Shown piece after piece: positions 9,424-17,222 of a stretch of DNA of 64,000 nucleotides (position 1 is the first letter of the stretch; each line of letters opens with the position of its first letter). The notes below the pieces were generated by a model, which worked only from the letters and a program-made list of their open reading frames with translations, made no database searches and had not been told where the DNA came from. Made by a program: the position numbers and the translations under genes. The stretch spans positions 4,492-68,491 of the forward strand of contig CAYLJJ010000006.1 in NCBI GenBank assembly GCA_964384025.1, given 5' to 3'. The stretch comes from an uncultured Nannocystaceae bacterium. GTDB lineage: Bacteria; Myxococcota_A; Bradymonadia; UBA7976; UBA1532.

Positions 9424-10370
9424 CAGAGCAGCTCCTGGAGGCTCACCTCTGCCCGCCTTAATAGCTCAGCAGCACGCTCCCCCTGGAAGTCAAAGCGCTG
9501 GCCAAAGCCTCGGGTTCGATGCTCCTCGGCCTTAGGTTTAAGCAGATCCACTTCAGGCAGCAGCTTATAGCGTGCAGCTTCATCAGCCTTGATCAGGCGA
9601 GCAACGCCCTGAGGAGAAGAAGCTCTCCCTGACTGCTCAATGACGATCTGCTCCACCTTGGCCCGCACCACCCCAAAACCTCGAGTCTTAGTAGAGCCCA
9701 ACTGAACAAAGCCATCATCGAGATCTTGAAGGGCGATGGCGAGCAAGCCAAGCTGCCAAGCTTGAAAGTTGCTCAGCGCGATATCTCCATAAAAGCTACA
9801 GCCTGTGGGGATCATCTCCAGATCATAGAGCACTCCCCTCCGCACAGAACCCGCTACTCGATCGATCGCGATGCCGTTGCGCACCTCGGTTCGGTTTGCC
9901 TGTAGGTAGTTTTGATCTGGAGCCCTGGCACCAGCCAGGAAGGGGAAAAGGTCACGCACTGAAGCCCGGCCCCGAAGCCCAGTAGAGCCAAAGGTACGAC
10001 AGGCAAGACAGTGCAGAGCGTGGATCTTGCTGGTCTTGGCCTTTAGGTTGGAGTGCTGGTTACATCCCCTTTCATGATCAAGAGGATCACAGGCAGGTTC
10101 ACCCGCGAAGCCTTTGATCCTCTGGCCTCGAAGCATCGCCTCGCCAGCCGAACGAATGACTCCCTTGAAGCTGGAGCCTGGAATATAGACCGTCAGCCCC
10201 TGAAAGTCTGGATCTACAGCCTTGTTGGCGAAGAGCGCATAGCGAGTCCGTACACAGGAGAGATCAGAGCGTGAAGGATCCAAACCTGTATCACCTGCTC
10301 GGATCAGGAGAGGGGCAGCGGTCGTAATTTTCAGCCGGATGCTGGTCCGGTTGAGGCTCTTCTTAAACAT
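9423..10370 (-). CDS. cas7: Cas7-family RAMP protein (paralog of 8446..9423)
   Basis: YIPGSSFKGVIRS, CLACRTFGSTG, RNGIAIDR, LGSTKTRGFGVV. The internal ATG at 10370 shares one nt with the upstream stop (TGATG). The track start at 10427 is GTG. Confidence 0.75.
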   Translation of the reverse strand: MFKKSLNRTSIRLKITTAAPLLIRAGDTGLDPSRSDLSCVRTRYALFANKAVDPDFQGLTVYIPGSSFKGVIRSAGEAMLRGQRIKGFAGEPACDPLDHERGCNQHSNLKAKTSKIHALHCLACRTFGSTGLRGRASVRDLFPFLAGARAPDQNYLQANRTEVRNGIAIDRVAGSVRRGVLYDLEMIPTGCSFYGDIALSNFQAWQLGLLAIALQDLDDGFVQLGSTKTRGFGVVRAKVEQIVIEQSGRASSPQGVARLIKADEAARYKLLPEVDLLKPKAEEHRTRGFGQRFDFQGERAAELLRRAEVSLQELL

Positions 10371-11179
10371 CAGCTCGCTCCCTCCACCATCCGTTGGCGC
10401 AAAGCTTCCATCCAGCGTTCCCGACACTGGGTGAACAGATGGTCTGCATCCTTGGGCAGCTCACCGCCTGTCTCTAATAAACGCTTGGGTTCAAAGTCCG
10501 TCACGGTGTCCCACTCAATGCCAACCCGTCCAAGTCCCCGCGAAGTAAAGCCGCCGATGGCCGTAAACCCCTCGGCGATCTGCTCAAAGCCGATCACCAA
10601 CACTCCAAGCTCCCAATCCTCTAAATTGTCAGCGAAGAGCTCCAAGCCAAAGCCGGTGCCTGCTGAGACGACTTGGAAATCATATTTGTTGGCGCCATAC
10701 ACCTTGCCCAGGTCACGATCGATGGCGACACCATCTCGAAGCTCAATAGGTGGTTTACGAGCACGGCTCTCTAAGCAAAGGGCATCACTGATGCGTACAT
10801 GGCTCGCCACCACTTGACTTCCAAACAATCGACACGCGGTGCAGTGAGCTGCTTGTAGAGCCGCCTCTCGTCCTCCAGACCCATGTTGACCACAGCCCTT
10901 TCCCAAGGGATCGCAAGCCCAGAGTCGATCTACAGCACCCTCACCTGGATCAACCGCTCGGAGCAGAGACTCGATGGTTGAGCGCAAGACCCCCTTGATG
11001 GAGGCCCCAGGCAGAAATGGAAAACCTTGGGCGTCACGTAAGACAGGGAGATCGACTGCGTCAATGTGGCTACCAGCGCCACCCCCGATCCGGAGCCCTG
11101 TATGACAGCGCACCGTAGCGAGCATGCGTACTCGGCGCTTCAGTATATGAAAGTCGTTGATCGATCCATGCCCAGTCAC
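10370..11179 (-). CDS. csm3: Csm3/Cmr4-like Cas7 backbone RAMP protein
   Basis: FLPGASIKGVLRS, CTACRLFGS, RDGVAIDRDLG, IGGFTSRGLGRVGIEW. The GTG start overlaps the upstream TGA (GTGA). Confidence 0.75.
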   Translation of the reverse strand: MTGHGSINDFHILKRRVRMLATVRCHTGLRIGGGAGSHIDAVDLPVLRDAQGFPFLPGASIKGVLRSTIESLLRAVDPGEGAVDRLWACDPLGKGCGQHGSGGREAALQAAHCTACRLFGSQVVASHVRISDALCLESRARKPPIELRDGVAIDRDLGKVYGANKYDFQVVSAGTGFGLELFADNLEDWELGVLVIGFEQIAEGFTAIGGFTSRGLGRVGIEWDTVTDFEPKRLLETGGELPKDADHLFTQCRERWMEALRQRMVEGAS

Positions 11180-13383
11180 GCTGTTCTCCCTGTCCTCTGA
11201 TATCTATTAACCGCGTCCATATAGGTAAATCGCCGTGACATATAGGTTGCATATCTACGCCATAGCTCCATCCTATCTGATTCACCAAAATAGGTTTCGA
11301 CGATCTTCTCAAAAGTCTCGATGGTATTGCTGACCATCTGGAGAGTCCAAGAGGGGCTGCGACGACCACATTGATAGCGCAGGTAGTTGCTCACCTCCTC
11401 ATGGCAGACAGCTTCCTGTGTTACGCCAACCAGCTGCGAGAGCTGACTCTTGCTGAGCTTGCCCTTTATATCCCTCCTCTTAAACGCCTGATCGATAACC
11501 CTCTCAGCAGCCAACACCAACTCTCTGATCCTTCTATCTTCCATATTGTTTTTATCCTTCAAGGGTGCTGCATCAGGCACTGGGTTGCAGAAGGCGGGAT
11601 CGAAGGCCAACACGCGGCCAAAACCCTGAACTGTCCGATCACCTACCCCATCCATCTCTAACTTACTCAAGCGCTCAAGGAGCGGTTCGTTCTCTTTGGT
11701 CCACTTGAAGAGAAAAACCGAGCCTGCCTTCACGCTGCGTTGGAACATGCGCAGACCAGCTCGTTGGTCCCAGCCATTCTCAAGCCCAAAGCGTCGCACC
11801 TTTAAGCAGCAGGCCTCAGGTGCTACTCCCAAAGCCTCAGCCAAGGCAGCAGTGCCATCATCTTCAGCTTCAAGGAGCAGAGGTGTCAGGCAGGTCAGAG
11901 GGACAAGCTGCGCTGCGATTTTGCGTGATGGAAAGCCATCTAAGGTCTCGCGCGCTTGAGCTTCAAACTTGGACCGGCGGCTCTGGAGATCGGGTAGGGC
12001 CCCATCGCGGATGGGGGAGAGCTTGATTCGGCCCCAACCCAAGGAGCGCCCTCGACCCAGAGAGAGTGGCAGCGCCAAGCCCTGAGTAAGGCGATGGCCA
12101 GGGTTGCTCTCCCCCTCCCTTGGCGGCACCCGACGAACACTCCCTACAAAGCGAGTCTCCTCCTGAAGGAGCTGAATCGAGAAGAGCATCTTCTCCTTCG
12201 CCGAGCGTGTTGTTCGGTCACGAGCGATCCGAGTCACGGTACGTGTCTTAACTCCGGTGTGTTGGCCTCGGAGCAGACGGCGGGGTTTTAGGGGAGCACC
12301 ACAGCATCCACACTTCTCAGCCAGGAGACGCTGAGCGCGGACCAGCATCTCTACATCTTGGCCTGCCAACGCGATTGCCAAGCGAGCAAAGAAGTCATCA
12401 ACAGCGAACTCTGAGGGCTTGTGCTTACAGGCGCGGGCGGTCAGCGGCCAAGGGCCGACGACACCATCGATCCCGCTTCCATCACCGCAGAGGTATAGGA
12501 AATCAAAGATCGCGCCTCTCTCAGCATCGACCAGGGTCTGAAAGGCTTGATCTGTATCTGCACTCTCGCCCAAAAGCTCAGCGAGCCCAAAGCCCACCGC
12601 GCCTCGCAGCGCTGCTCCAGGCACTTCGGTACGGGTAGACCGCATGTTATCATCGGAGAGTGGCGTACCGATGTTCGCGGGCCGCTCCAACACAACTTCG
12701 AAATGTTGATGTTCAGCGCTGGGCTCAAACCGAAGCTCTGACGAGGGCTCACAGGGAAAGACGCTCAGCTCAACACGCCCCATACCGCGGCTCTGACCGC
12801 CGCCTATATGAGTTGTGAGGGTCGCTGCAGCCTTTAACAAATCGAACAGCTTTTCTGTGTCACGGATTAAGCGTCCCTCCGCACGGAATCGAAGTTCCTG
12901 TCCAGCGGCAGGCAATAGTGCATTAAACAGGAGACCTTCCTGTGCAGATCGACTGCGACGATCCAGGGAGACCCCATGCCGCTCAACATCTGGTCGAGCT
13001 TCCCCTTCCAGCAAGGCATCACCCAAAATCAAAGCGGAGAGATGACTCGCGCGTTCTCCCCCGACCTCCGCCCTCCCAAACAGCCGACAGGCGTCACAGG
13101 GTTGCTCATCCTCCCCTAAGATACATTCGATATAGGGCTCGTCAGGTTGATGGCTTGCTGAGAGTCCTGTGCCTCGGACACAGGCTCCCTTCCCAGCCGC
13201 TCGAAGCACAGCCTCGAGGTTCTCTCGAAGAGCGCCACGCAGGCTGGTTGCGGGGATCAGCGAGCGCCCATTTTTGTCGCGAGCGTGGGTTTGATCATAA
13301 CCAAGAGGTGTTTTGGAATATCCTCCAATCGCGATGGTGCCCTGCGGGACAACGGCGACCAGATCAAAGAATCGTGTTGCCAT
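11176..13383 (-). CDS. Large multi-RAMP fusion protein (three G-rich loops; Cas5/Cas7-Cas7 fusion with a helical C-terminal tail, possibly a fused small subunit)
   Basis: IPATSLRGALR...CDACRLFG...HIGGGQSRGMGRVEL. Then EVPGAALRGAVGFG...LSLGRGRSLGWGRIKL. Then GDRTVQGFGRVLAF. Then about 130 aa of helical-looking tail. ATG at 13383 lies 5 nt after the upstream stop. Confidence 0.65.
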   Translation of the reverse strand: MATRFFDLVAVVPQGTIAIGGYSKTPLGYDQTHARDKNGRSLIPATSLRGALRENLEAVLRAAGKGACVRGTGLSASHQPDEPYIECILGEDEQPCDACRLFGRAEVGGERASHLSALILGDALLEGEARPDVERHGVSLDRRSRSAQEGLLFNALLPAAGQELRFRAEGRLIRDTEKLFDLLKAAATLTTHIGGGQSRGMGRVELSVFPCEPSSELRFEPSAEHQHFEVVLERPANIGTPLSDDNMRSTRTEVPGAALRGAVGFGLAELLGESADTDQAFQTLVDAERGAIFDFLYLCGDGSGIDGVVGPWPLTARACKHKPSEFAVDDFFARLAIALAGQDVEMLVRAQRLLAEKCGCCGAPLKPRRLLRGQHTGVKTRTVTRIARDRTTRSAKEKMLFSIQLLQEETRFVGSVRRVPPREGESNPGHRLTQGLALPLSLGRGRSLGWGRIKLSPIRDGALPDLQSRRSKFEAQARETLDGFPSRKIAAQLVPLTCLTPLLLEAEDDGTAALAEALGVAPEACCLKVRRFGLENGWDQRAGLRMFQRSVKAGSVFLFKWTKENEPLLERLSKLEMDGVGDRTVQGFGRVLAFDPAFCNPVPDAAPLKDKNNMEDRRIRELVLAAERVIDQAFKRRDIKGKLSKSQLSQLVGVTQEAVCHEEVSNYLRYQCGRRSPSWTLQMVSNTIETFEKIVETYFGESDRMELWRRYATYMSRRFTYMDAVNRYQRTGRTA

Positions 13384-13388
13384 CAGTT

Positions 13389-14903
13389 TCAACTCCCTGC
13401 ACGTTGGGTTTGCTCCTCAATCCGAGCGATCTCCAACTCCGCGTGGGTGGGCAGCGCTCTCTCAAGCCGTCGAGCGTCGGTCCAAGACTCTCCAAAGAAG
13501 CTCTGCCATTTCAGGCTGCGCGCGACCTGATAGCGCAGTTGATTTAAAGCTTCTGCTTGGGTGATCCCTTGCTGTCTCTCATACAGCAGTCGAGCGAGAA
13601 GCGCGCGCTGGCTTGAGGGCACCCCAAGATCAAGGAGGCGTCGGGCTCGTTCGAGCGCCTGGCTCAGCGAGGGTCTCTCTCCGCTGCCTGCGATCTCAAG
13701 TCGATGATCAGCCATGACATTTCCACCCCCCGCGACCAACTCCTCGCCGCTGCGCATAAACGCGAAATCCAGCGCTGAGCGAGCCTTACCTGAACCGCAG
13801 ATCTGCTTAGCGGAGATCTCAAGAGCGTGGGCAAAGCCGATCAGCGCTGAAGCAGGGTAGCTGGCTGGGCCGATGACCAGCCCGATACCGATACCGATGC
13901 CCTCCAAGGCCTCAGCAAGCTTAGGGGGAGGCTGCCAGTGTCTGGATAGATCCTGTGTTCCTTTATGGAGAGCCTGAGCGAGGCGCTCCATGCGCTCAAA
14001 GACCCCTTCAGGCTGTACAAAGAGCCGAATATCATCTCCACCGACAACAGGCGCGACAAAATCCCCTTTGTCCAGATCGCAGGTCGCGGCGTCGAGAGCG
14101 TGCTTAAACAGGAGACTCACCGCTTGGCTGGCGAGGGCTCGATCTTCTATCGTCGGTAGAGAGGCAAAAAAGCGTCCCATCTCGTTTCCATCACCAGAGA
14201 TCACCGCAATTTTGTTGAGTTGAGATGAGAGTTCAGAGAGCGTGGCCTTGCCTCCAGCTTGACTCCTCGCCTCAGTTTGTCCCTGCTCAAGGATCGGCAA
14301 GCAGGTCTTACAGACCTCATATCGCTCGCCAGCGTGGCAAAAGGATCGTGTGGTGTTCCTTGGAGCAGCTTTACAAGCGACACAGCGCTGATTGGGTAGG
14401 ACGACCTTGGAGAGCAGCTGAGATCGAGGTGGCATCGCCTCATCTTTGGCGATGCTCATTCTTGCCCGAAGAGCTGTGAGCGCTCGCGCTTCAGCCTCCT
14501 GCCCTGCTTCTCCACTACAGGGAACCGCCTCAACCGCTAGACTCTCACCGCCTGTCAGCTTCGCGTATCTCTGGGGTAAGCTCTTGAGGAGCCTGGAGCG
14601 ATCTTGGGCAGAGATCCAAAATAGACCTCTGCCACCCCCATTAAAGATGGCACCCCTTTCCTCTTGTGCCTCTTTATCAAATTTCTTAACGATATCGCTG
14701 GCCCCACGCAGATAGGGCAACATTCGGCTTCGTGTTACAAAGCTTTGAATTCCATTTGCATCATATTGGAGCAGCCACCCATCTGCTCCAACTGCAGCCC
14801 GTGCTTTGGCAACAGATCTCTGGATATTTCCAGGATTAAACCCATCTAGATAGCTCAAGAACCCTCCTCCATGCTTGCCACAACCAAGAATAGAATGGAC
14901 CAA
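13389..14903 (-). CDS. cas10: Cas10-like large subunit lacking an HD domain (Palm1 GIQxF, treble-clef Zn finger, Palm2 with GDGN and GGDD)
   Basis: LLQYDANGIQSFV (Csm1-type GIQxF), CVACK...CHAGERYEVCKTC, IAVISGDGNEMGRFF, VVGGDDIRLFV. Protein is only 504 aa and the start is TTG in the track. Confidence 0.7.
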   Translation of the reverse strand: MVHSILGCGKHGGGFLSYLDGFNPGNIQRSVAKARAAVGADGWLLQYDANGIQSFVTRSRMLPYLRGASDIVKKFDKEAQEERGAIFNGGGRGLFWISAQDRSRLLKSLPQRYAKLTGGESLAVEAVPCSGEAGQEAEARALTALRARMSIAKDEAMPPRSQLLSKVVLPNQRCVACKAAPRNTTRSFCHAGERYEVCKTCLPILEQGQTEARSQAGGKATLSELSSQLNKIAVISGDGNEMGRFFASLPTIEDRALASQAVSLLFKHALDAATCDLDKGDFVAPVVGGDDIRLFVQPEGVFERMERLAQALHKGTQDLSRHWQPPPKLAEALEGIGIGIGLVIGPASYPASALIGFAHALEISAKQICGSGKARSALDFAFMRSGEELVAGGGNVMADHRLEIAGSGERPSLSQALERARRLLDLGVPSSQRALLARLLYERQQGITQAEALNQLRYQVARSLKWQSFFGESWTDARRLERALPTHAELEIARIEEQTQRAGS

Positions 14904-15244
14904 ATCCTACCATCTTCAATTACATAACATTCATATCAACACCAAATCTAAAGTGATGATATGACCCCAATCGGAGTATTCAAAATACCAGAAAACCTAA
15001 TTCAGAAAGCCTGCAATTTGCTCCGATTGTCAGGATGACAGACACCCCTACATTCCTCAACCACCATCTGAAAAAAATGGAAAGTCGATACTCTCCGACC
15101 AACAATCTAAGATCCTGAGGAGGAACTGTGGGCTATGCTGAGTAGGGCACTTTAGGGTTTGAGTCCAAACAACAGGGTTTCTTTTTTCATTTTCAGCTTG
15201 ACGGAGGAGCAAAATTTCAATAAACAGATCCAACGCTGTCAACG
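14904..15244 (-). promoter_or_regulatory. AT-rich 340-nt non-coding leader and presumed promoter region of the type III-like operon
   Basis: Locally low GC relative to the flanks, no ORF, and directly upstream of the first coupled gene. No sigma-54 or ECF consensus found by eye. Confidence 0.3.
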
Positions 15245-15316
15245 GGCTGTTGGCTCAATGGTAGAGCAGCGGACTTTTAATCCGACGGTTCTGGGTTCGA
15301 GCCCCAGGCGGCCCAT
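15245..15316 (+). tRNA. tRNA-Lys (anticodon TTT)
   Basis: Acceptor GGGCTGT/GCGGCCC, D-arm GCTCAATGGTAGAGC, anticodon loop CTTTTAA, T-arm CTGGGTTCGAGCCCCAG. Confidence 0.9.
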
Positions 15317-15320
15317 TTGG

Positions 15321-15395
15321 TCCCCATCGTCTAGTCAGGTCCAGGACACCGGCCTTTCAAGCCGGCAACACGGGTTCAAAGCCCGTTGGGGATAC
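15321..15395 (+). tRNA. tRNA-Glu (anticodon TTC)
   Basis: Near-identical architecture to E. coli tRNA-Glu: GTCCCCATCGTCTAG...CCGGCCTTTCAAGCCGG...GGGTTCAAAGCCCGTTGGGGATA. Confidence 0.9.
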
Positions 15396-15403
15396 AAAAA
15401 AAG

Positions 15404-15438
15404 CCTCAGAGTTTAAGCTCTGAGGCTTTTTCTTTTTG
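15404..15438. terminator. Bidirectional rho-independent terminator (A-run, GC hairpin, T-run)
   Basis: aaaaaaaGCCTCAGAGtttaaGCTCTGAGGCtttttcttttt. Serves the tRNA pair on + and the convergent lipoprotein gene on -. Confidence 0.7.
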
Positions 15439-15457
15439 AGCTCAAAGAGCGCTCACT

Positions 15458-16183
15458 TTATTTAACCGCATCGGTGGACTCTTTGGCGTCATTCACGGAC
15501 TTGTCTACCGCACCCTTGGTGGCGTCGGCAGCGCCCATATCCACGCCGAGATCGGTGAGCGCCTTGGCAAACTTACTGATCGCCGCCGGGGCTTTCCCAG
15601 GTACGCCCATCACCTTAGCCTTGGTCTCATCGATCGACTTAAGGACATCCGCCTGAAGCTGATCAACGCCTGCGCTCTGCGCCTTAGCGGCCTCTTTCTC
15701 CTTCTTGCTGTTCAGGGGGTTGTTGGCCGCGACCTCAGCCTCGGTCTTCGCCTTGGTGCCCAGGACAGGAACCTTGGCGCTCTGCTCGACGCAGGTCTGG
15801 ATCAGAGCGGTGGCGTTGTCAGGGGTCGCGTAGAGGTTCTTCTTGTAATCAGCGATCTCGGTCATCAGACCCTTGAACTCTGCCTTGCCCTTCTCATCCA
15901 TGGAGCCAGGAACGGTGACCTCGCCCTTGATGGCGGAGCTGAGCGCCGCGCTCATATCTTTAGGCTCCAGCTTGAACTTGGCAGGAGCCTCAGTGATCTT
16001 GGCGACTATCGCGTCAACACCGTCGATAGGTTGCATCAGCGCAGCAAGCTTACTATCCAACTCAGCAGGGACTCCCTTGAGCTGATCATAGGCGCTGGCA
16101 TCACCGCCACCCTTACCACCGCCGCCTCCACAGGCGAACATAAAGATAGAAACAGAGCTGAGCATCATGATCATCGCACGCAT
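15458..16183 (-). CDS. Secreted lipoprotein, Ala/Lys-rich, unknown function
   Basis: Probable start MRAMIMMLSSVSIFMFAC (lipobox) followed by a GGGGGKGGG linker. The track ORF extends to 16261. Confidence 0.5.
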   Translation of the reverse strand: MRAMIMMLSSVSIFMFACGGGGGKGGGDASAYDQLKGVPAELDSKLAALMQPIDGVDAIVAKITEAPAKFKLEPKDMSAALSSAIKGEVTVPGSMDEKGKAEFKGLMTEIADYKKNLYATPDNATALIQTCVEQSAKVPVLGTKAKTEAEVAANNPLNSKKEKEAAKAQSAGVDQLQADVLKSIDETKAKVMGVPGKAPAAISKFAKALTDLGVDMGAADATKGAVDKSVNDAKESTDAVK

Positions 16184-16327
16184 TCGAAATTCCCCCCGCC
16201 TCAGTTGCTTCAACATGCACTGGGCGTATCGGTCGTTGAAATCTTGTGGGAAGCTCTCCACAGCTTCCGGTTTAGTGGTTCAATCTCAGCCCACTGTCAA
16301 GGAAATGTGGCATAAGGAGAGATAAAA

Positions 16328-17182
16328 TTGCAGAACATCAGGGAGAAAGACCTCTCTCAGGCGAGGGAGTTCATCCGGGACAAAGGGGTCCAACTCCTTG
16401 AACTGCTCCACGAGGAGCCCGCCGAGGGAAAGAGTTGGCGATTCTATAGCCATGGTGCCCTGCTTCAACTCAAGAGCAGTCCTCGTTTTGAGCGTCTGCT
16501 GCTCCTCCTCCTCCGCCCCACCGCCTATGACAGCAACCGCTTTAAAGCTTGGGCTGAACTCCGCTTGAAGAGTTTGGGACGTTTTATGGAGGCCAGCTCC
16601 AGCGGTCGCCTCCTTCAGTTTCAGATTCAAGAACGCAGTGCCATCGCCATTCTTTTACGCTTGGAGGGTCGAGATCCGGGTGATCCTCAGGCGGAGTTGC
16701 CCCCTCCCGAGGCCCTGCCCCAACTCTTGATCCAACTCTCCCTAGATCTAGAGCGGCATCTACACTGGATGCGAGATCCTGAGCTGCGCTATCTTCAGGC
16801 GTTGCGCCTTGTAAAGCTCCCCAACGGCAGGCTGCGAATATTCCTAGATACTCTCCCCACCGTCATCGGTCATGCTGATGAGCCGATCCCGATTCAGGCC
16901 AGCGTGCTGCTCAGAGGGGTCGCAGGAGAGCTGCTGGAGCGGACACAGGAGGAGCTCTTAGAGCTGCGTGTGAGTCACAGGGGAGAGGGGCGGCGGTTGG
17001 CCCGTAAATTGAGAGCCTTAGAGCGGGGCTTAGAGCCCATCCTGAAGCGAATCGATGAGGGAGAGAGCGATCTAAAAAAGATCCGGAGGCTCCTACGAGA
17101 ACTCAAGCCGCGGCGCTGGCTGCTCTGGCTTCTCCTGAGCTTGTTGGCCCTGCTCCTTCTCTCCACCCCACTCTTTCTGTAG
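16328..17182 (+). CDS. Hypothetical protein with C-terminal transmembrane anchor
   Basis: C-terminal WLLWLLLSLLALLLLSTPLFL. No recognisable motifs. Confidence 0.4.
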   Translation: MQNIREKDLSQAREFIRDKGVQLLELLHEEPAEGKSWRFYSHGALLQLKSSPRFERLLLLLLRPTAYDSNRFKAWAELRLKSLGRFMEASSSGRLLQFQIQERSAIAILLRLEGRDPGDPQAELPPPEALPQLLIQLSLDLERHLHWMRDPELRYLQALRLVKLPNGRLRIFLDTLPTVIGHADEPIPIQASVLLRGVAGELLERTQEELLELRVSHRGEGRRLARKLRALERGLEPILKRIDEGESDLKKIRRLLRELKPRRWLLWLLLSLLALLLLSTPLFL

Positions 17183-17222
17183 AGTCTCGCCGGACCAACC
17201 CTCCATCTCTCTGGAGCAAGCT

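Noticed and set aside
14904-15244. Integrase or mobile-element boundary at the tRNA-Lys/tRNA-Glu locus flanking the cas-like operon
   Set aside because: No integrase, transposase or att-like tRNA 3' duplication is visible. The cas-like genes have host-typical GC.
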